Source: a virus
Virus record (IMG/VR): IMGVR_UViG_3300025018_000098
Span: 96,001-160,000 of that record
Reading direction: 5' to 3' (one strand)
DNA: 64,000 nt
Shown here piece by piece: positions 25,907 through 35,528 of the stretch. The position numbers and the translations under genes are program-made. Numbering within the stretch: the stretch's first letter is position 1; the number at the start of each line of letters is the position of its first letter. The notes beneath the pieces are model-generated. The model did not search any database and had not been told where the DNA came from. It saw only the letters and a program-made list of their open reading frames with translations.

Positions 25907-26193
25907 GCCGTCTCCCCAATCGCCGAGGCTAGAGTGTCAATGTCGTCCTCGGTGAACAGGATTCGTGTCCCGTCCGGGAAGGTGATGGTGTACGTGTCGC
26001 TCAGCTCAGTGGCCCTGGAGCACTCCACGAGCACCTCCCGGAACGTTGCACACTCGCCCGGGAACAACTGGTTAGACGCCATCTCGACGATCCACTTGGC
26101 ATCCCGGTACTCCAGCTGGTGCTTGTTGTTGATCACCACTCGGGTGATGGTCTCCATGGTGTTGACACACTCGGTCTTGTTCTTGTCAGTCAT
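25903..26193 (-). CDS. Hypothetical protein, LxxxxAxW family
   Basis: LEYRDAKWIVEMA..LFTEDDIDTL. Confidence 0.65.
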   Translation of the reverse strand: MTDKNKTECVNTMETITRVVINNKHQLEYRDAKWIVEMASNQLFPGECATFREVLVECSRATELSDTYTITFPDGTRILFTEDDIDTLASAIGETA

Positions 26194-26411
26194 CGATGTC
26201 TCCTTGTTCTTGTTTCAGTGTGATGATGAAGCAGTCCGACCGAAGTAGGGACTCCCTCTCACCTTCGTCATCGCGCACCCAGACACGTACCCCGCCATCG
26301 TCGGGGCCCTCCAGGGTGTACTTGCTGTACCCGTAGAAGTTCCTGCACCAGACAGTAGCGCCTGAGTGCTCCATGTCTTGGATCGGGCGGACCTGGACTC
26401 GCTTCAAGATG

Positions 26412-27092
26412 TCATGGTCGGTCATGGACGATGGAACTCCCGAGGTAGGTGGGCGTGGCAAGCCACTCCGGATGGGCTTCAAGGACCTCAGCCAGGTTAC
26501 TGGTGGCGCGTCCTTCTTCGTCATCTGCCCAAGGTAGTTCGCTCGGATCCTCTACGAGGATGACGTCCCTCTCCGTGAAGGGGTCATCCTCGTAGACCTC
26601 CCACTCATGCATCTGGTTCATGGTCTCTACCGCCTGTTCCCAGGTTGCTGCAGTGACCCAGAAGAGCCCACCCCCGGCGTCGAGCTGCCACACTTGGAGT
26701 TGGACCACCTCTTCGTCCTCGAGGGTATCCGGCTGCTCACTGAGCAGGACCTTGAGCTCGCCGGGCTCCCAGTCCTCGCCACAGAAGGGACAGTAGTTGA
26801 TGAAGCAGTACTGATCCTTCCCCTTCCCGCCGCGGTAGGCGATGCCGTACAGGTACTCCTTGTGCTCACCCTTCTTGAACTCCTCCATGTTGACCCGGAG
26901 GACGGCGTGCAGACCCTTCCCAGTCCCGTTCGCAGGACCAAGCATCCGGGTCATCGTCGGGCAGGTGTGGTTCTCCCATGGGCGGCACCACTCCACCCTC
27001 CCCTTCTCGACTAACTTCTGGGCTAGCTCCTGTAGGCGTTCCATAGGCCCAATCATCTCCAAAGACTGATTCTTCTCGTTCGTTGACGTCAT
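26412..27092 (-). CDS. Hypothetical two-domain protein (INYCPFCG Zn-ribbon)
   Basis: AAGGAG RBS; promoter variant at 27111-27120. Confidence 0.7.
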   Translation of the reverse strand: MTSTNEKNQSLEMIGPMERLQELAQKLVEKGRVEWCRPWENHTCPTMTRMLGPANGTGKGLHAVLRVNMEEFKKGEHKEYLYGIAYRGGKGKDQYCFINYCPFCGEDWEPGELKVLLSEQPDTLEDEEVVQLQVWQLDAGGGLFWVTAATWEQAVETMNQMHEWEVYEDDPFTERDVILVEDPSELPWADDEEGRATSNLAEVLEAHPEWLATPTYLGSSIVHDRP

Positions 27093-27177
27093 GTGCGTCT
27101 CCTTCTACCTCACTGATAGCCAAAAAAGAAGGAATACTCACGCTGGAGCACCCCTTCTAGTTCACCATCCGCTCAGC

Positions 27178-27558
27178 TCAGAACGGGATGTCGCCATCGG
27201 AACCTCCTTTGTCTGGGTATCTCTCCTCGAGGTACTCGTAAGAAGCCTTCGCCTTCAGGTAGCCATACACTCGGAATGGGGCTCGCAGGAAGGCGAACGG
27301 GACGAAGAGTGTCACCCAGATCCCTCCTACGAGTAAACAGAGAGCGCCCTCAACGATCTTGTTGGCATAGTTCACCCAGGACAACGCCTCCTCCAATAGG
27401 TCTGTGTCCCCGCTACGGTTGAGGATATCCGTCCAGTGTGGCTTCGCCCACCACCCAACTTTGCGTAGCTCCTCCACGTACGTCTTGAGCTCATACTCAG
27501 TCAGGTGATCTAGGTGCTTGGGCTTGGCCTTCACAGGTTGTGCTCCGCCACTAGACAT
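27178..27558 (-). CDS. Hypothetical membrane protein
   Basis: TM segment ALCLLVGGIWVTLFVPFAFL. Confidence 0.55.
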   Translation of the reverse strand: MSSGGAQPVKAKPKHLDHLTEYELKTYVEELRKVGWWAKPHWTDILNRSGDTDLLEEALSWVNYANKIVEGALCLLVGGIWVTLFVPFAFLRAPFRVYGYLKAKASYEYLEERYPDKGGSDGDIPF

Positions 27559-27788
27559 ACAACCTCGATCTCGACACCGAAGGGGAGCTTAGCCAGCCGC
27601 CGAGCCTCCGATGCGTTGGCGCGCTCATCGTGGAACGTGGCCTGTGACATGGCTGCCACAGGCGTAGTGGGGTGTTGGTATAATCCCCATCAGGCGGAAC
27701 AGTCGTGTGTAGGTAGTCACCAACCTCCCACTCAGGGAGATCTACGCGTGTCGAGCTAAACACTCGAAGCACATACATGCAGTCACGG

Positions 27789-28106
27789 TCATCCACCCAA
27801 CGTCTCCTCGTTGCTACACACGTCGATCAAGGCCAGGGCCAGCAGGGTGTTGAAGTCCGAGCCTGTGTAGCGCCTGCTACCCATGTCGTTGTCGATCCTG
27901 ACGCTGAAGAGGTCATCGTCGTTCCTGAAGAAGATCCCCGGGTACCCGCACTCAACCAGCTGCTTGATGAAGTACCCAGTGAAGGACTTGTGCGTAAGGT
28001 CGGGAACCACCCGCTTGTTCTGCGTGAGGCATGGCATCCCAGGCTCCCACTCCCAACCAGGGCAGTCGATCAACTGTTCCGCCACACTTCGCTGTTCCAT
28101 GTTCAT
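27789..28106 (-). CDS. Hypothetical protein (WEWEPGM..PDLT motif)
   Basis: ORF tiling. Confidence 0.6.
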   Translation of the reverse strand: MNMEQRSVAEQLIDCPGWEWEPGMPCLTQNKRVVPDLTHKSFTGYFIKQLVECGYPGIFFRNDDDLFSVRIDNDMGSRRYTGSDFNTLLALALIDVCSNEETLGG

Positions 28107-28408
28107 CCTTGTTTCGCCTTCTCGCGCACTTCTGCACGTAGTTTGTATAGTCGGTAGAGGTCGCCCGGGCGGATGGTTGGGGGCACCTTCTCGATGCTGT
28201 CCCGAACCTCTCGTGTGAGCCCAAGCCAGGGCCTGTCCATGAAGTCACGAATATAGTCCGCTCGAGTGTCGTCCCCGTGGAAGTCGAGAGCCTCCATCAG
28301 GTACATGAGGGCGAGGAAGATATCCACCTCCGCCTCGTGATGGGACAGCATCGGCTCCTCTTCGATGATCTGTCCCTTGCTGCTTATGCCGATGACGGGT
28401 GCGCCCAT
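28103..28408 (-). CDS. Hypothetical protein
   Basis: ORF tiling. Confidence 0.55.
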   Translation of the reverse strand: MGAPVIGISSKGQIIEEEPMLSHHEAEVDIFLALMYLMEALDFHGDDTRADYIRDFMDRPWLGLTREVRDSIEKVPPTIRPGDLYRLYKLRAEVREKAKQG

Positions 28409-28417
28409 TTGTCGAAG

Positions 28418-28834
28418 TCACTCCACAGCCTTGTGGATCCCCCGCCCAGCCGCCTCAGTGGTGGCTCGAGCGAAGTCGGAGGGTAGGCGGTGCGCCTCCA
28501 GCATGTGCTTCGAGCAGATGTCGAACCATTGGGTCTCGCCCTCCCCAAGCACACCGATGACACAGTGGGATGCGGATCTGGGTGACCTGTCCGGACCTCC
28601 GATGGTCAAGGTCACAACGAGGTACTTCTGTGCAAAGGCCTCTGCAGCGTGTGCCGCGGTCGGCGCCTCAATGGTCTCTGGGCCGGAACCCTTCCGCCAG
28701 ACTTCCCAAGTGGGACCCTTGGGGGGCTTGGGCTTGGGTTGCGGGCACAGGACCTCGTACGTGCACTGGAGATAGCCCTCCATACGCACGATCTCGTCAT
28801 ATTGTTCTTGTAGTGTTCGGTCGACGTTCATCAT
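28418..28834 (-). CDS. Hypothetical protein
   Basis: ORF tiling. Confidence 0.55.
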   Translation of the reverse strand: MMNVDRTLQEQYDEIVRMEGYLQCTYEVLCPQPKPKPPKGPTWEVWRKGSGPETIEAPTAAHAAEAFAQKYLVVTLTIGGPDRSPRSASHCVIGVLGEGETQWFDICSKHMLEAHRLPSDFARATTEAAGRGIHKAVE

Positions 28835-29205
28835 TCTTCACCTTCTTTCTCGTTGATTGTGACCACAACGCAGTCCGCGGCCCAGGCGTCTGTCCCATCC
28901 TTGAACAACAAGAGCGGTGTGTGCTCCGAGGGATAGTCGATCCCAGTAAGGACCCGGCAATCCACCCGGGACCCAATCAGCACCCAGACACGCGTACCTA
29001 TCGGCTCACCCGGCCGAGGCCGCCGCACGTGAACACCGAGGTTGGGCTCGGGCACCCCCGGAATCAGGGCAAGGGCTTCCTGAAAACAGTTCTTGCAGAA
29101 CCACCGTGAGCCGTCTCCCGAGTACTCCATCATGATGACAGTAGGTAGGCCCTTGGCGCCGCACTCATCACACGTGTACCCCAAGTCGGCACTACATAGA
29201 CGCAT
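28831..29205 (-). CDS. Zn-finger protein (CDEC..FCKNC)
   Basis: AGGAGG RBS before MRLCS. Confidence 0.55.
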   Translation of the reverse strand: MRLCSADLGYTCDECGAKGLPTVIMMEYSGDGSRWFCKNCFQEALALIPGVPEPNLGVHVRRPRPGEPIGTRVWVLIGSRVDCRVLTGIDYPSEHTPLLLFKDGTDAWAADCVVVTINEKEGEE

Positions 29206-29440
29206 CGGGCTGTTCCTCCTGGATGGCCGCCCGCTGATCTCCGTCCCAGGCCAAGGTAAGGCGCTCATTGCATGCTGCAGCGAAGGTCGCCCAGTCATCC
29301 TCCCGGTCTGGAAAGCGGCCGGCGCAGAAGCCCAGGGCCATATCGAAGGTGTCGAGGATGGCGGCACAGTCCACCTCAGCTACCCACCTACTGAACTCAA
29401 GGAAGAGATCCTCGAGATCCTTACTCATCTTGGTTGTCAT
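29192..29440 (-). CDS. Hypothetical protein
   Basis: GGAGG RBS; ATGA overlap. Confidence 0.55.
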   Translation of the reverse strand: MTTKMSKDLEDLFLEFSRWVAEVDCAAILDTFDMALGFCAGRFPDREDDWATFAAACNERLTLAWDGDQRAAIQEEQPDASM

Positions 29441-30000
29441 ATGCAGTCCTCCAGCTCTGTGATGTGGTCCTCTGTGAGCATCCAGGAGTTGCCTTCGTAC
29501 TGGAAGATGTACTGCTGCCCTCGGTAGCCCTCGTCGTCCTCCTGGAGAGGAGCCTGCTCGCAGGTGATCCTCATCCCATTATACATGCTTCTCTCCCCTG
29601 GAGACATCCTGCATGCCATGTCAACTAGCCAACGGATCTGTGCCCTGTCGAAGACCACGTTGTCAATCTCTACGCGGGTGACCGCATCGATGGTGATGTA
29701 GGCGGGCTCGGGCTCTTCTGCCATTGCAACCGCCGCCGTGCCTAGATCCGTTGGCTTGACCTCTTCCTCCGTACCTGCGAACTGGAAGGTCTCTCGGTAC
29801 TGTGCCATCGCTACCTCCACCGAGTACTTGTGCGGACTCCCCTCAGCGGGGGACACCCCGAGGAACGTGACAAGGATGTTGCCTCGTTGGACGGTGTCGC
29901 CCGAGTTCTTGAGCGTGCCCACTATCAGGCGCACCCAGAGCCACTCTCGGTCAGTGAGTGGTCGTCCTACTACGTCGAACTTGTTGATGATCTGTCCCAT
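29437..30000 (-). CDS. Hypothetical protein with tandem LxxxxxxW-family domains
   Basis: LTDREWLWV and FDRAQIRWLVDMA..LTEDHITEL; downstream of the promoter at 30018. Confidence 0.7.
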   Translation of the reverse strand: MGQIINKFDVVGRPLTDREWLWVRLIVGTLKNSGDTVQRGNILVTFLGVSPAEGSPHKYSVEVAMAQYRETFQFAGTEEEVKPTDLGTAAVAMAEEPEPAYITIDAVTRVEIDNVVFDRAQIRWLVDMACRMSPGERSMYNGMRITCEQAPLQEDDEGYRGQQYIFQYEGNSWMLTEDHITELEDCI

Positions 30001-30017
30001 ATTCTTCCCTTTCACCT

Positions 30018-30057
30018 TGCTTATAGGCCAAAGAAGGTCCCTCTCAGGACCTTCTTC
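30018..30057 (-). promoter_or_regulatory. Terminator hairpin fused to a CCTATAAGCA promoter
   Basis: tgcttatagg at 30018-30027; agaaggtcc-ctctca-ggaccttct. Confidence 0.7.
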
Positions 30058-30078
30058 TACTCAGCACTAGCTCGCTGG

Positions 30079-30489
30079 CTATACCAGTCGGAGCTTACCC
30101 TTGGGCTTCTTGGGCCCAGAGAGCTTCTGCGTGGTCTCTGCCTGCGTCGGGGTAGGCCTCTCCTCCCCTCTGGTGGTGCCGACAGCACCCATCTTGCTGA
30201 AGGACATCACGTCATCCATGTCTGGTCCATAGATGATGGCAGCAAGTGCCGGCCATGGGATGTAGCAGCTGAAGGATCGCATGTTGAACGAGAGCACTGC
30301 CTCGATCCCCTCCTCATGCATCTCGACCTTTGGCGGTCGCGCTAGGCCCTCGCCTAAAGAAAGCCGTACGAAGTCCTGCGACATCAAGTCCTCAGGTAGT
30401 TGTACGCCCGGTGTCTGCGGACGCACCATGACGTCATACAAGAGCTCGTTTTCTGCGACCATCTCTGCAGCTGCCCACACGTAGTTCAT
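30079..30489 (-). CDS. sspB: SspB-like ClpXP adaptor (stringent starvation protein B)
   Basis: GVQLP..GIEAVLSFN...CYIPWPALAAI core, disordered linker and C-terminal KLRLV ClpX-binding motif. Confidence 0.75.
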   Translation of the reverse strand: MNYVWAAAEMVAENELLYDVMVRPQTPGVQLPEDLMSQDFVRLSLGEGLARPPKVEMHEEGIEAVLSFNMRSFSCYIPWPALAAIIYGPDMDDVMSFSKMGAVGTTRGEERPTPTQAETTQKLSGPKKPKGKLRLV

Positions 30490-31322
30490 TCTTCCTCCAA
30501 ACCACCCGAGGGTGCTCGTGCCTCTACCTTGATGTCCCCTACTCGGCAGTGGTACCGGTCCCCAATGGTTGAGGTCAGGAAGACGGTGTCTTCATGCCCT
30601 GCCTCGATCCACGCCACTATGAAGCTGTGGGCAGCTTGGGGCGGGGACTGAGTCGCTGGCCACCCTATCTGATCCCCAGTCATCACCATGCAAGGGCCCA
30701 TAGCGCTCATCCAGTGCACGTAGTTACCAAGCCGACCTTGCATGGGCACGATCTTCGGAGGCTCCCCCAACTCCTGTGCGATGCGGTCCTTGTATTCCTT
30801 TTGGAACTCCTCATCAGTCATGTGGACTGACTCAGCCTTGTGTATCTCCACGCTCTTCGACTTGGGGAATGGGGCTCGGAAATCGGGGTGCCTGACCTCC
30901 TTGAAGGGGACCTCGAGTGGAGAAGGTGGCTCTCTCTTGTCTTGGTGACGCTGCTCGTTGAGGTTCATGAGGTGGTGGACACTCATGTGCGGGCTGTACA
31001 CCTGCACACCGAGGTAGCGGAAGTGCTCACCCAGCCGGTGCTCCAGCGAGGTGCGGACAGCCTTGTAAGCCGTGCGAATGATCTCCGTGTCTGTGGAGTA
31101 CGGGCTCAGGTACCACTTGCGTGCCTTCTGCAGCACAGGTCGGCCTGGGTCCCCGGGGACACCCCCGTTCACGTCTGACTCGTAGTACGTGAACTGGAGC
31201 AAGAAGCCGTCGCCCTTCTCCAACAGGAGGAACTTGGGACGGTCATACAGGACCCTGCCGAGATCGATACGCTCGAGCTCGGCCATGATGTCAGCTCGGG
31301 TCTTCCGCTCTTGCTTAGCCAT
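30486..31322 (-). CDS. Hypothetical protein (RKWYLS..EH..EHFRY..SPH domain)
   Basis: GGAGG RBS; long ORF. Confidence 0.65.
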   Translation of the reverse strand: MAKQERKTRADIMAELERIDLGRVLYDRPKFLLLEKGDGFLLQFTYYESDVNGGVPGDPGRPVLQKARKWYLSPYSTDTEIIRTAYKAVRTSLEHRLGEHFRYLGVQVYSPHMSVHHLMNLNEQRHQDKREPPSPLEVPFKEVRHPDFRAPFPKSKSVEIHKAESVHMTDEEFQKEYKDRIAQELGEPPKIVPMQGRLGNYVHWMSAMGPCMVMTGDQIGWPATQSPPQAAHSFIVAWIEAGHEDTVFLTSTIGDRYHCRVGDIKVEARAPSGGLEEE

Positions 31323-31524
31323 GCTCACCTCCGCAGTCGATCATCCGTGCACCTAGCTGCTCCATGATCGAATCGATCGTGCGTACCCTGTCTTCCACAC
31401 GCATACGCACGGTGTGTCCCTCCCTCAGGAACAAGTGAAGGATGTGCGGGTTCTCCCCGTCCGGCCGGATGTGGACGTTCTGCCCAGCATCCAAGATGTC
31501 GTCGTATATTCGAGTGAATCCCAT
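31315..31524 (-). CDS. Hypothetical protein
   Basis: GAGG RBS; ORF tiling. Confidence 0.5.
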   Translation of the reverse strand: MGFTRIYDDILDAGQNVHIRPDGENPHILHLFLREGHTVRMRVEDRVRTIDSIMEQLGARMIDCGGEHG

Positions 31525-31531
31525 GTCTACC

Positions 31532-31732
31532 TCATTGGCCCGGGGTGCAGTAGGCGCAGTCTACCTGCACCCACTGCCCGGGCTGTCCGTTGATGCTCAG
31601 TGTGTGGTACCGCCCCCGCCCGCTGCAGTGCGGACAGGAGTGGCGGGTGTACCTCTTCGGGGCTGGCTCCAGAGGGACAACGGCACCAGTTGGTTCGTCA
31701 TTTCTTTTCGGCTCGTCTGATGTATGGGTCAT
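31532..31732 (-). CDS. DnaJ-like Zn-finger mini-protein
   Basis: CPHCSGRG..DCAYC. Confidence 0.5.
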   Translation of the reverse strand: MTHTSDEPKRNDEPTGAVVPLEPAPKRYTRHSCPHCSGRGRYHTLSINGQPGQWVQVDCAYCTPGQ

Positions 31733-31911
31733 TTGGCTGGCATGACGGTGGTTATATCCATCGTGTGTCCCAGCACCATCCTGGTCTCTTCAAGCGCCTC
31801 GATTATCCGGGTGTGTGCCAGCGTTGCTGCAGTGTCTAAATCCTCGGCGTCCACCAGTAGGGTCAGGTGCATAGTTACCTCTACCTCATACTTTGACATC
31901 TTGTCTCCTCG

Positions 31912-32286
31912 TCAGGCTGCACGGTCCACGGGTTTCTTGTCGGTCAGCTCGCACCAGCAGACCGAGCACGCTTCTGGATGCTTGTCTGCGCCACCGTTCT
32001 CCCAGCCGTCCCAGCACCCGCAGTGTGGACAGAGGAACCAGTCCTGCTGTTCTTCGATGAGGAGCGTGTCGAGAAGAGGATCAAGATCAGCGCGAACATT
32101 TGTCTGGCCGACCCTCAACATGAGCTCAGTGTGTGCCCTCTTGTACGCCTCAAGCCCTTCTTCCTCTTCTAGCTCCTCAAGGGCGTAGTACTCCTCGTGT
32201 GTCAGGTACGTGTACAGCACGGTACCGTTGGGATCCATGTTGGCGTCCCACAGCAGTGGGTACTCACAGTCAGCCAGAGTACGCAT
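31912..32286 (-). CDS. Zn-ribbon protein
   Basis: LCPHCG..CSVC. Confidence 0.6.
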   Translation of the reverse strand: MRTLADCEYPLLWDANMDPNGTVLYTYLTHEEYYALEELEEEEGLEAYKRAHTELMLRVGQTNVRADLDPLLDTLLIEEQQDWFLCPHCGCWDGWENGGADKHPEACSVCWCELTDKKPVDRAA

Positions 32287-32881
32287 AGTCGTCTTCCTCT
32301 CGCTGCCGTACGAGATATCCCTGCATCTCGTTGTAGAGCACAGAGAAGGGGAATCGTGCGCGAAGCATGTCGGAGCACGGAACTCCTGCGAACTCTGCAG
32401 ACCCTACGACTGAGTCTGCTTGTGGGTACATTCGTGTGGGCGCGATCTGGAGCACAGCACGCAGGGCATGTATATGGACGGGGAAGTCACTGAGTTCACC
32501 ATAAGTACCACCTTGTTGTGCACGATACTCCAACCAGGCCGACCAGGCCGACGTTCCCCGGGCTGTCTTGCCCGTCGCCATGAGGTCCCTGGCCAGCGAC
32601 TTGTCCTCTTCGGAAGCATGTTGCTCCCAGATGGGAACTGCTGCCTGAGCACATTCTCGAGCAAACTCTAGATAGCGGTCGTGCTCTCCATCATCTAGTT
32701 CCCAGAGCAGCCAGAGCATCCAATCGCTACGAGTACAGTTCTCCCAGAGCCACTTGAGATCTTGGTGGATGTTCGCACTTACCCAATCCGTGGCTTCTTC
32801 ACATGCGTACAGCGTATGCAGCAGATCCAGGAATGCTTGGCCCTGCATGATTTCTCCCTCCGCGATTTTGGAATCATCCAT
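32270..32881 (-). CDS. Hypothetical protein (start re-called at MDDSK)
   Basis: GGAGG RBS; ACEEA..W..C.RSDWMLWL. Confidence 0.65.
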   Translation of the reverse strand: MDDSKIAEGEIMQGQAFLDLLHTLYACEEATDWVSANIHQDLKWLWENCTRSDWMLWLLWELDDGEHDRYLEFARECAQAAVPIWEQHASEEDKSLARDLMATGKTARGTSAWSAWLEYRAQQGGTYGELSDFPVHIHALRAVLQIAPTRMYPQADSVVGSAEFAGVPCSDMLRARFPFSVLYNEMQGYLVRQREEDDYAYSG

Positions 32882-33338
32882 GTTTGGTACCTCCAGTTGG
32901 TGTGGTCGGTGGTTCAGGTGTGTGCCGCCAATGGGTGGGCGTTCCCATCCGGACACCGTCTTGGTCCACCCAGTCTTCCCACCCCTCGTACAGTGTGCCC
33001 AGCTCGAGCACCTCGTTCTCTGCATTCCACGTGAGTACGAGCTCATCCCGCGGTGCCTGGTCCATGGGGAACCAGGGCTGCTCCCGTTCATCATCCATCG
33101 CCTGCAGGATGACCTGGGCCATCGCGACAGCCACATCGTCCGGGATGTTCGCGCCCGGGACCTCAAGACAGTCCAACATAGCCGCTCGAGCCTTGTTCAT
33201 GGCCTCCCAAGCAACCTTCCGGGCCTCGATCTCTGCATGTTGTAAATGTCGGGCTCTGTGGTCCTTGCTATTGGCCGCTACGAACTCGGTACACAGCTCG
33301 TACAGTCCTCGGGGCTCATCATTTGGTGTCTGGGTCAT
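32874..33338 (-). CDS. DUF551-like protein
   Basis: WFPMDQAPRD..VL..PTHWRHTPEPP. Confidence 0.65.
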   Translation of the reverse strand: MTQTPNDEPRGLYELCTEFVAANSKDHRARHLQHAEIEARKVAWEAMNKARAAMLDCLEVPGANIPDDVAVAMAQVILQAMDDEREQPWFPMDQAPRDELVLTWNAENEVLELGTLYEGWEDWVDQDGVRMGTPTHWRHTPEPPTTPTGGTKHG

Positions 33339-33508
33339 CTTTGTCTCTCGTTTGCTTGTTTGGTGCTTCTGCCCATCTACGTGGCCGTAAAGTGGCGTCT
33401 ATTCTGAAGTTGGGGTGGATTATGGTGTTCATAGCCTCTCCAGGGGGCCTCAAATCCTTAGGCGCTGTAGAGAGCTCTGGTGTTGGGGGCATCTTCCCGA
33501 CGTACATC

Positions 33509-33823
33509 TCAGGGCCTACTGCATACCTCGCCCCCCTCCTTCTTCAGCCTATCTGCGATGAGGCGGCCCAATCTGTTCTCTGGGGGCATCTCCTCGAGCC
33601 TACCCATGGCCTCTGGGGTGAAGATGGCCTCCTTTAGCCCCTCCGCGTCTTTACCGTACACCGCAGAGTGCACGGCCACCCTGAGTCGCTTGTACGCATC
33701 GTGCAGTGCCCTGTTCTCATCATCCATGGCTGCGATGATGAGTCTGGCTGCATCCACATGGGTACTTGTACCCTGCATCGTTCTGGGGTGCCCCCAGCCC
33801 TGTCTCTTTGGCCACGGCCTCAT
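33509..33823 (-). CDS. Hypothetical protein
   Basis: AAGGAG RBS. Confidence 0.5.
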   Translation of the reverse strand: MRPWPKRQGWGHPRTMQGTSTHVDAARLIIAAMDDENRALHDAYKRLRVAVHSAVYGKDAEGLKEAIFTPEAMGRLEEMPPENRLGRLIADRLKKEGGEVCSRP

Positions 33824-33920
33824 GCTCCTTCCACAGGCTGTATAGGAGCTCGATGGCCTGTGCGTTGCTTATCCCAGGTCTCGTAGGTGGTGATGACCTC
33901 GAGCAACTTGGAGCGCAGCG

Positions 33921-34114
33921 TCATAGCCACACGCCGTGCCTGTTGTGAGAGTCATCCGAGTCGTCGAGCTTGGCCACATCCGCGGTGTACGCCTCCACAT
34001 ACTCATCCGTGAGCATCCCATCTTGAATAGCCCGGCTGACCTCCTGTTCGAGAATGTACGTGAGGTCTTCGTCGGTGGTTAGATCACCACGATTTCGATC
34101 TTGTATGTCTTCAT
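33921..34114 (-). pseudogene. Small gene with an apparent single-base deletion near 34083
   Basis: MKTYKIEIVV joins DLTTDEDLTYILEQEVSRAI.. if one G is added. Confidence 0.45.
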
Positions 34115-34587
34115 CAGTCTGAGTTCTCCCATGTCAGGATGGCCCGGGCCCCCTTGAGATCTTGTGAGGGCTCATCTTTGCCCAGGCTGAGTGGGTCACC
34201 CCACTCCAGTGTTGGTAGCTCTTCGATGACCACAGGCAGCCACGCCTCCCCGAAGTGCTTCTGATCCCCGAGAAGGTGTGAGCTGATGGCTATCTCTGGC
34301 GCGGTCATGAACCTGAGCCATGGGTACATGCTGCCGGGCCCTACGAGATCCATGGCCCGTGCCCTAATCTTGTTTAGGGGTGCCCAGAAGTCCCGCACCT
34401 TCTCGTAGGCATCATGTGGTCCTGGTGTGAACCCTGTGCTTAGGGGAACCAGATGCCCCTTCGCCCGGGGCTGGGCACACAGCGTCCCGCCTGTCTGGTT
34501 GCTGTACCAGATCCCGTTGGGGCTCAACAGGATGAGGTGGTCATCCTTGATGGGGAATAGTGAGATCGTCACCTTGTCTGTACTCAT
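34114..34587 (-). CDS. Hypothetical protein (GIWYSNQTGG..EAWLPV..ILTWENSD; DUF6210-like)
   Basis: Motifs recognised by eye; TGATG coupling. Confidence 0.6.
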   Translation of the reverse strand: MSTDKVTISLFPIKDDHLILLSPNGIWYSNQTGGTLCAQPRAKGHLVPLSTGFTPGPHDAYEKVRDFWAPLNKIRARAMDLVGPGSMYPWLRFMTAPEIAISSHLLGDQKHFGEAWLPVVIEELPTLEWGDPLSLGKDEPSQDLKGARAILTWENSD

Positions 34588-34775
34588 CAGTAGGGGTTGC
34601 TCCAGGTGTCTGCCTGCTCTTGTGTGATGACCCCGCTCTTCTGGAGACTGTCCACGTAGTTACACCACTCTTGGCTGCGAGCAGGTTTGTCTACGATGCC
34701 GTCCTTCTCGTACTTCTTCTTGATGTGCGGAAGGACATATTTCTTGAAGTTCTCAAGCACCTCGGCCTTGGTCAT
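34587..34775 (-). CDS. Hypothetical protein (MTKAEVL..W..YVDSL.K.G.IT..Q..W)
   Basis: Pattern common in small phage proteins. Confidence 0.6.
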   Translation of the reverse strand: MTKAEVLENFKKYVLPHIKKKYEKDGIVDKPARSQEWCNYVDSLQKSGVITQEQADTWSNPY

Positions 34776-35263
34776 GTGGTCACCATCGCCGCTTCGGCCT
34801 TCTCTTGTTTGTCCGTCTCCCACCGGGCCAGCAGAGTATCCATGACCTCGTCGAAGCAGCTGAAGTAGTAAGCGCCTGGGACCACGAGGGCTATCCCTCC
34901 GCTGAAGGCATCCGCCCGAGGCTTGTCACACCAACAGGCGTAGGAGATAGGGATGCCTGTGCTATGTGGGCGGTGCAGCTCCAAGAACTTGGCCATCCAC
35001 GCCGCGGCGATCTCCACATCCCCCTCGGACTCATCCGAGTAGATGTACGCCCGATGTCCCCCGCCCTTGTCGAACTCCACAGTGGGGATCGAACCGATGT
35101 TCTCAATGTCGTAATCACACAGGATGCTCTCCACATCCTTCTGCTCTGCCGCCCCATCCATCATGAGGTCAGTCAGGACCTTGTTGGTCGTCGTGAGCCA
35201 CTGCTTCTCCGCATCTGTGATGTTGATGAGGCTGAAGCTGAACCCGTTGTAGTAGTTAGCCAC
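34772..35263 (-). CDS. Hypothetical protein, paralog of 24091-24603
   Basis: NYYNGFSF..EKQWL..YACWCDKPRADAFSGG. Confidence 0.7.
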   Translation of the reverse strand: MANYYNGFSFSLINITDAEKQWLTTTNKVLTDLMMDGAAEQKDVESILCDYDIENIGSIPTVEFDKGGGHRAYIYSDESEGDVEIAAAWMAKFLELHRPHSTGIPISYACWCDKPRADAFSGGIALVVPGAYYFSCFDEVMDTLLARWETDKQEKAEAAMVTT

Positions 35264-35528
35264 TGGTGTCGTCCTTTGGGATGCGTGCGAGTTCTTTCTG
35301 ATTCACGTCCGGGATCTCGATGCCGAAGTCTTCGTACATCGCCTTCATCATGTCTCGAGAGGCGAACCTCCGAGCTCGAGCCTCCCGGAACTTGACGTAC
35401 TCATCCGAGTAGAGCTCACTCCCGGAGCTGACCCAGGCCTGGTACGCCTTGATGTGCTCGTAGATGAGCTTCTCTGTGATGATGGCGGCCTTGTCGTAGG
35501 CCATGTTGCGCTTCCTTGCAGTGCTCAT
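35256..35528 (-). CDS. Hypothetical protein
   Basis: ORF tiling. Confidence 0.55.
   Translation of the reverse strand: MSTARKRNMAYDKAAIITEKLIYEHIKAYQAWVSSGSELYSDEYVKFREARARRFASRDMMKAMYEDFGIEIPDVNQKELARIPKDDTSG

Noticed and set aside
27514-27796. Possible additional frameshift in the 27551-27796 ORF
   Set aside because: An alternative frame looks protein-like, but there is no paralog or motif to anchor it
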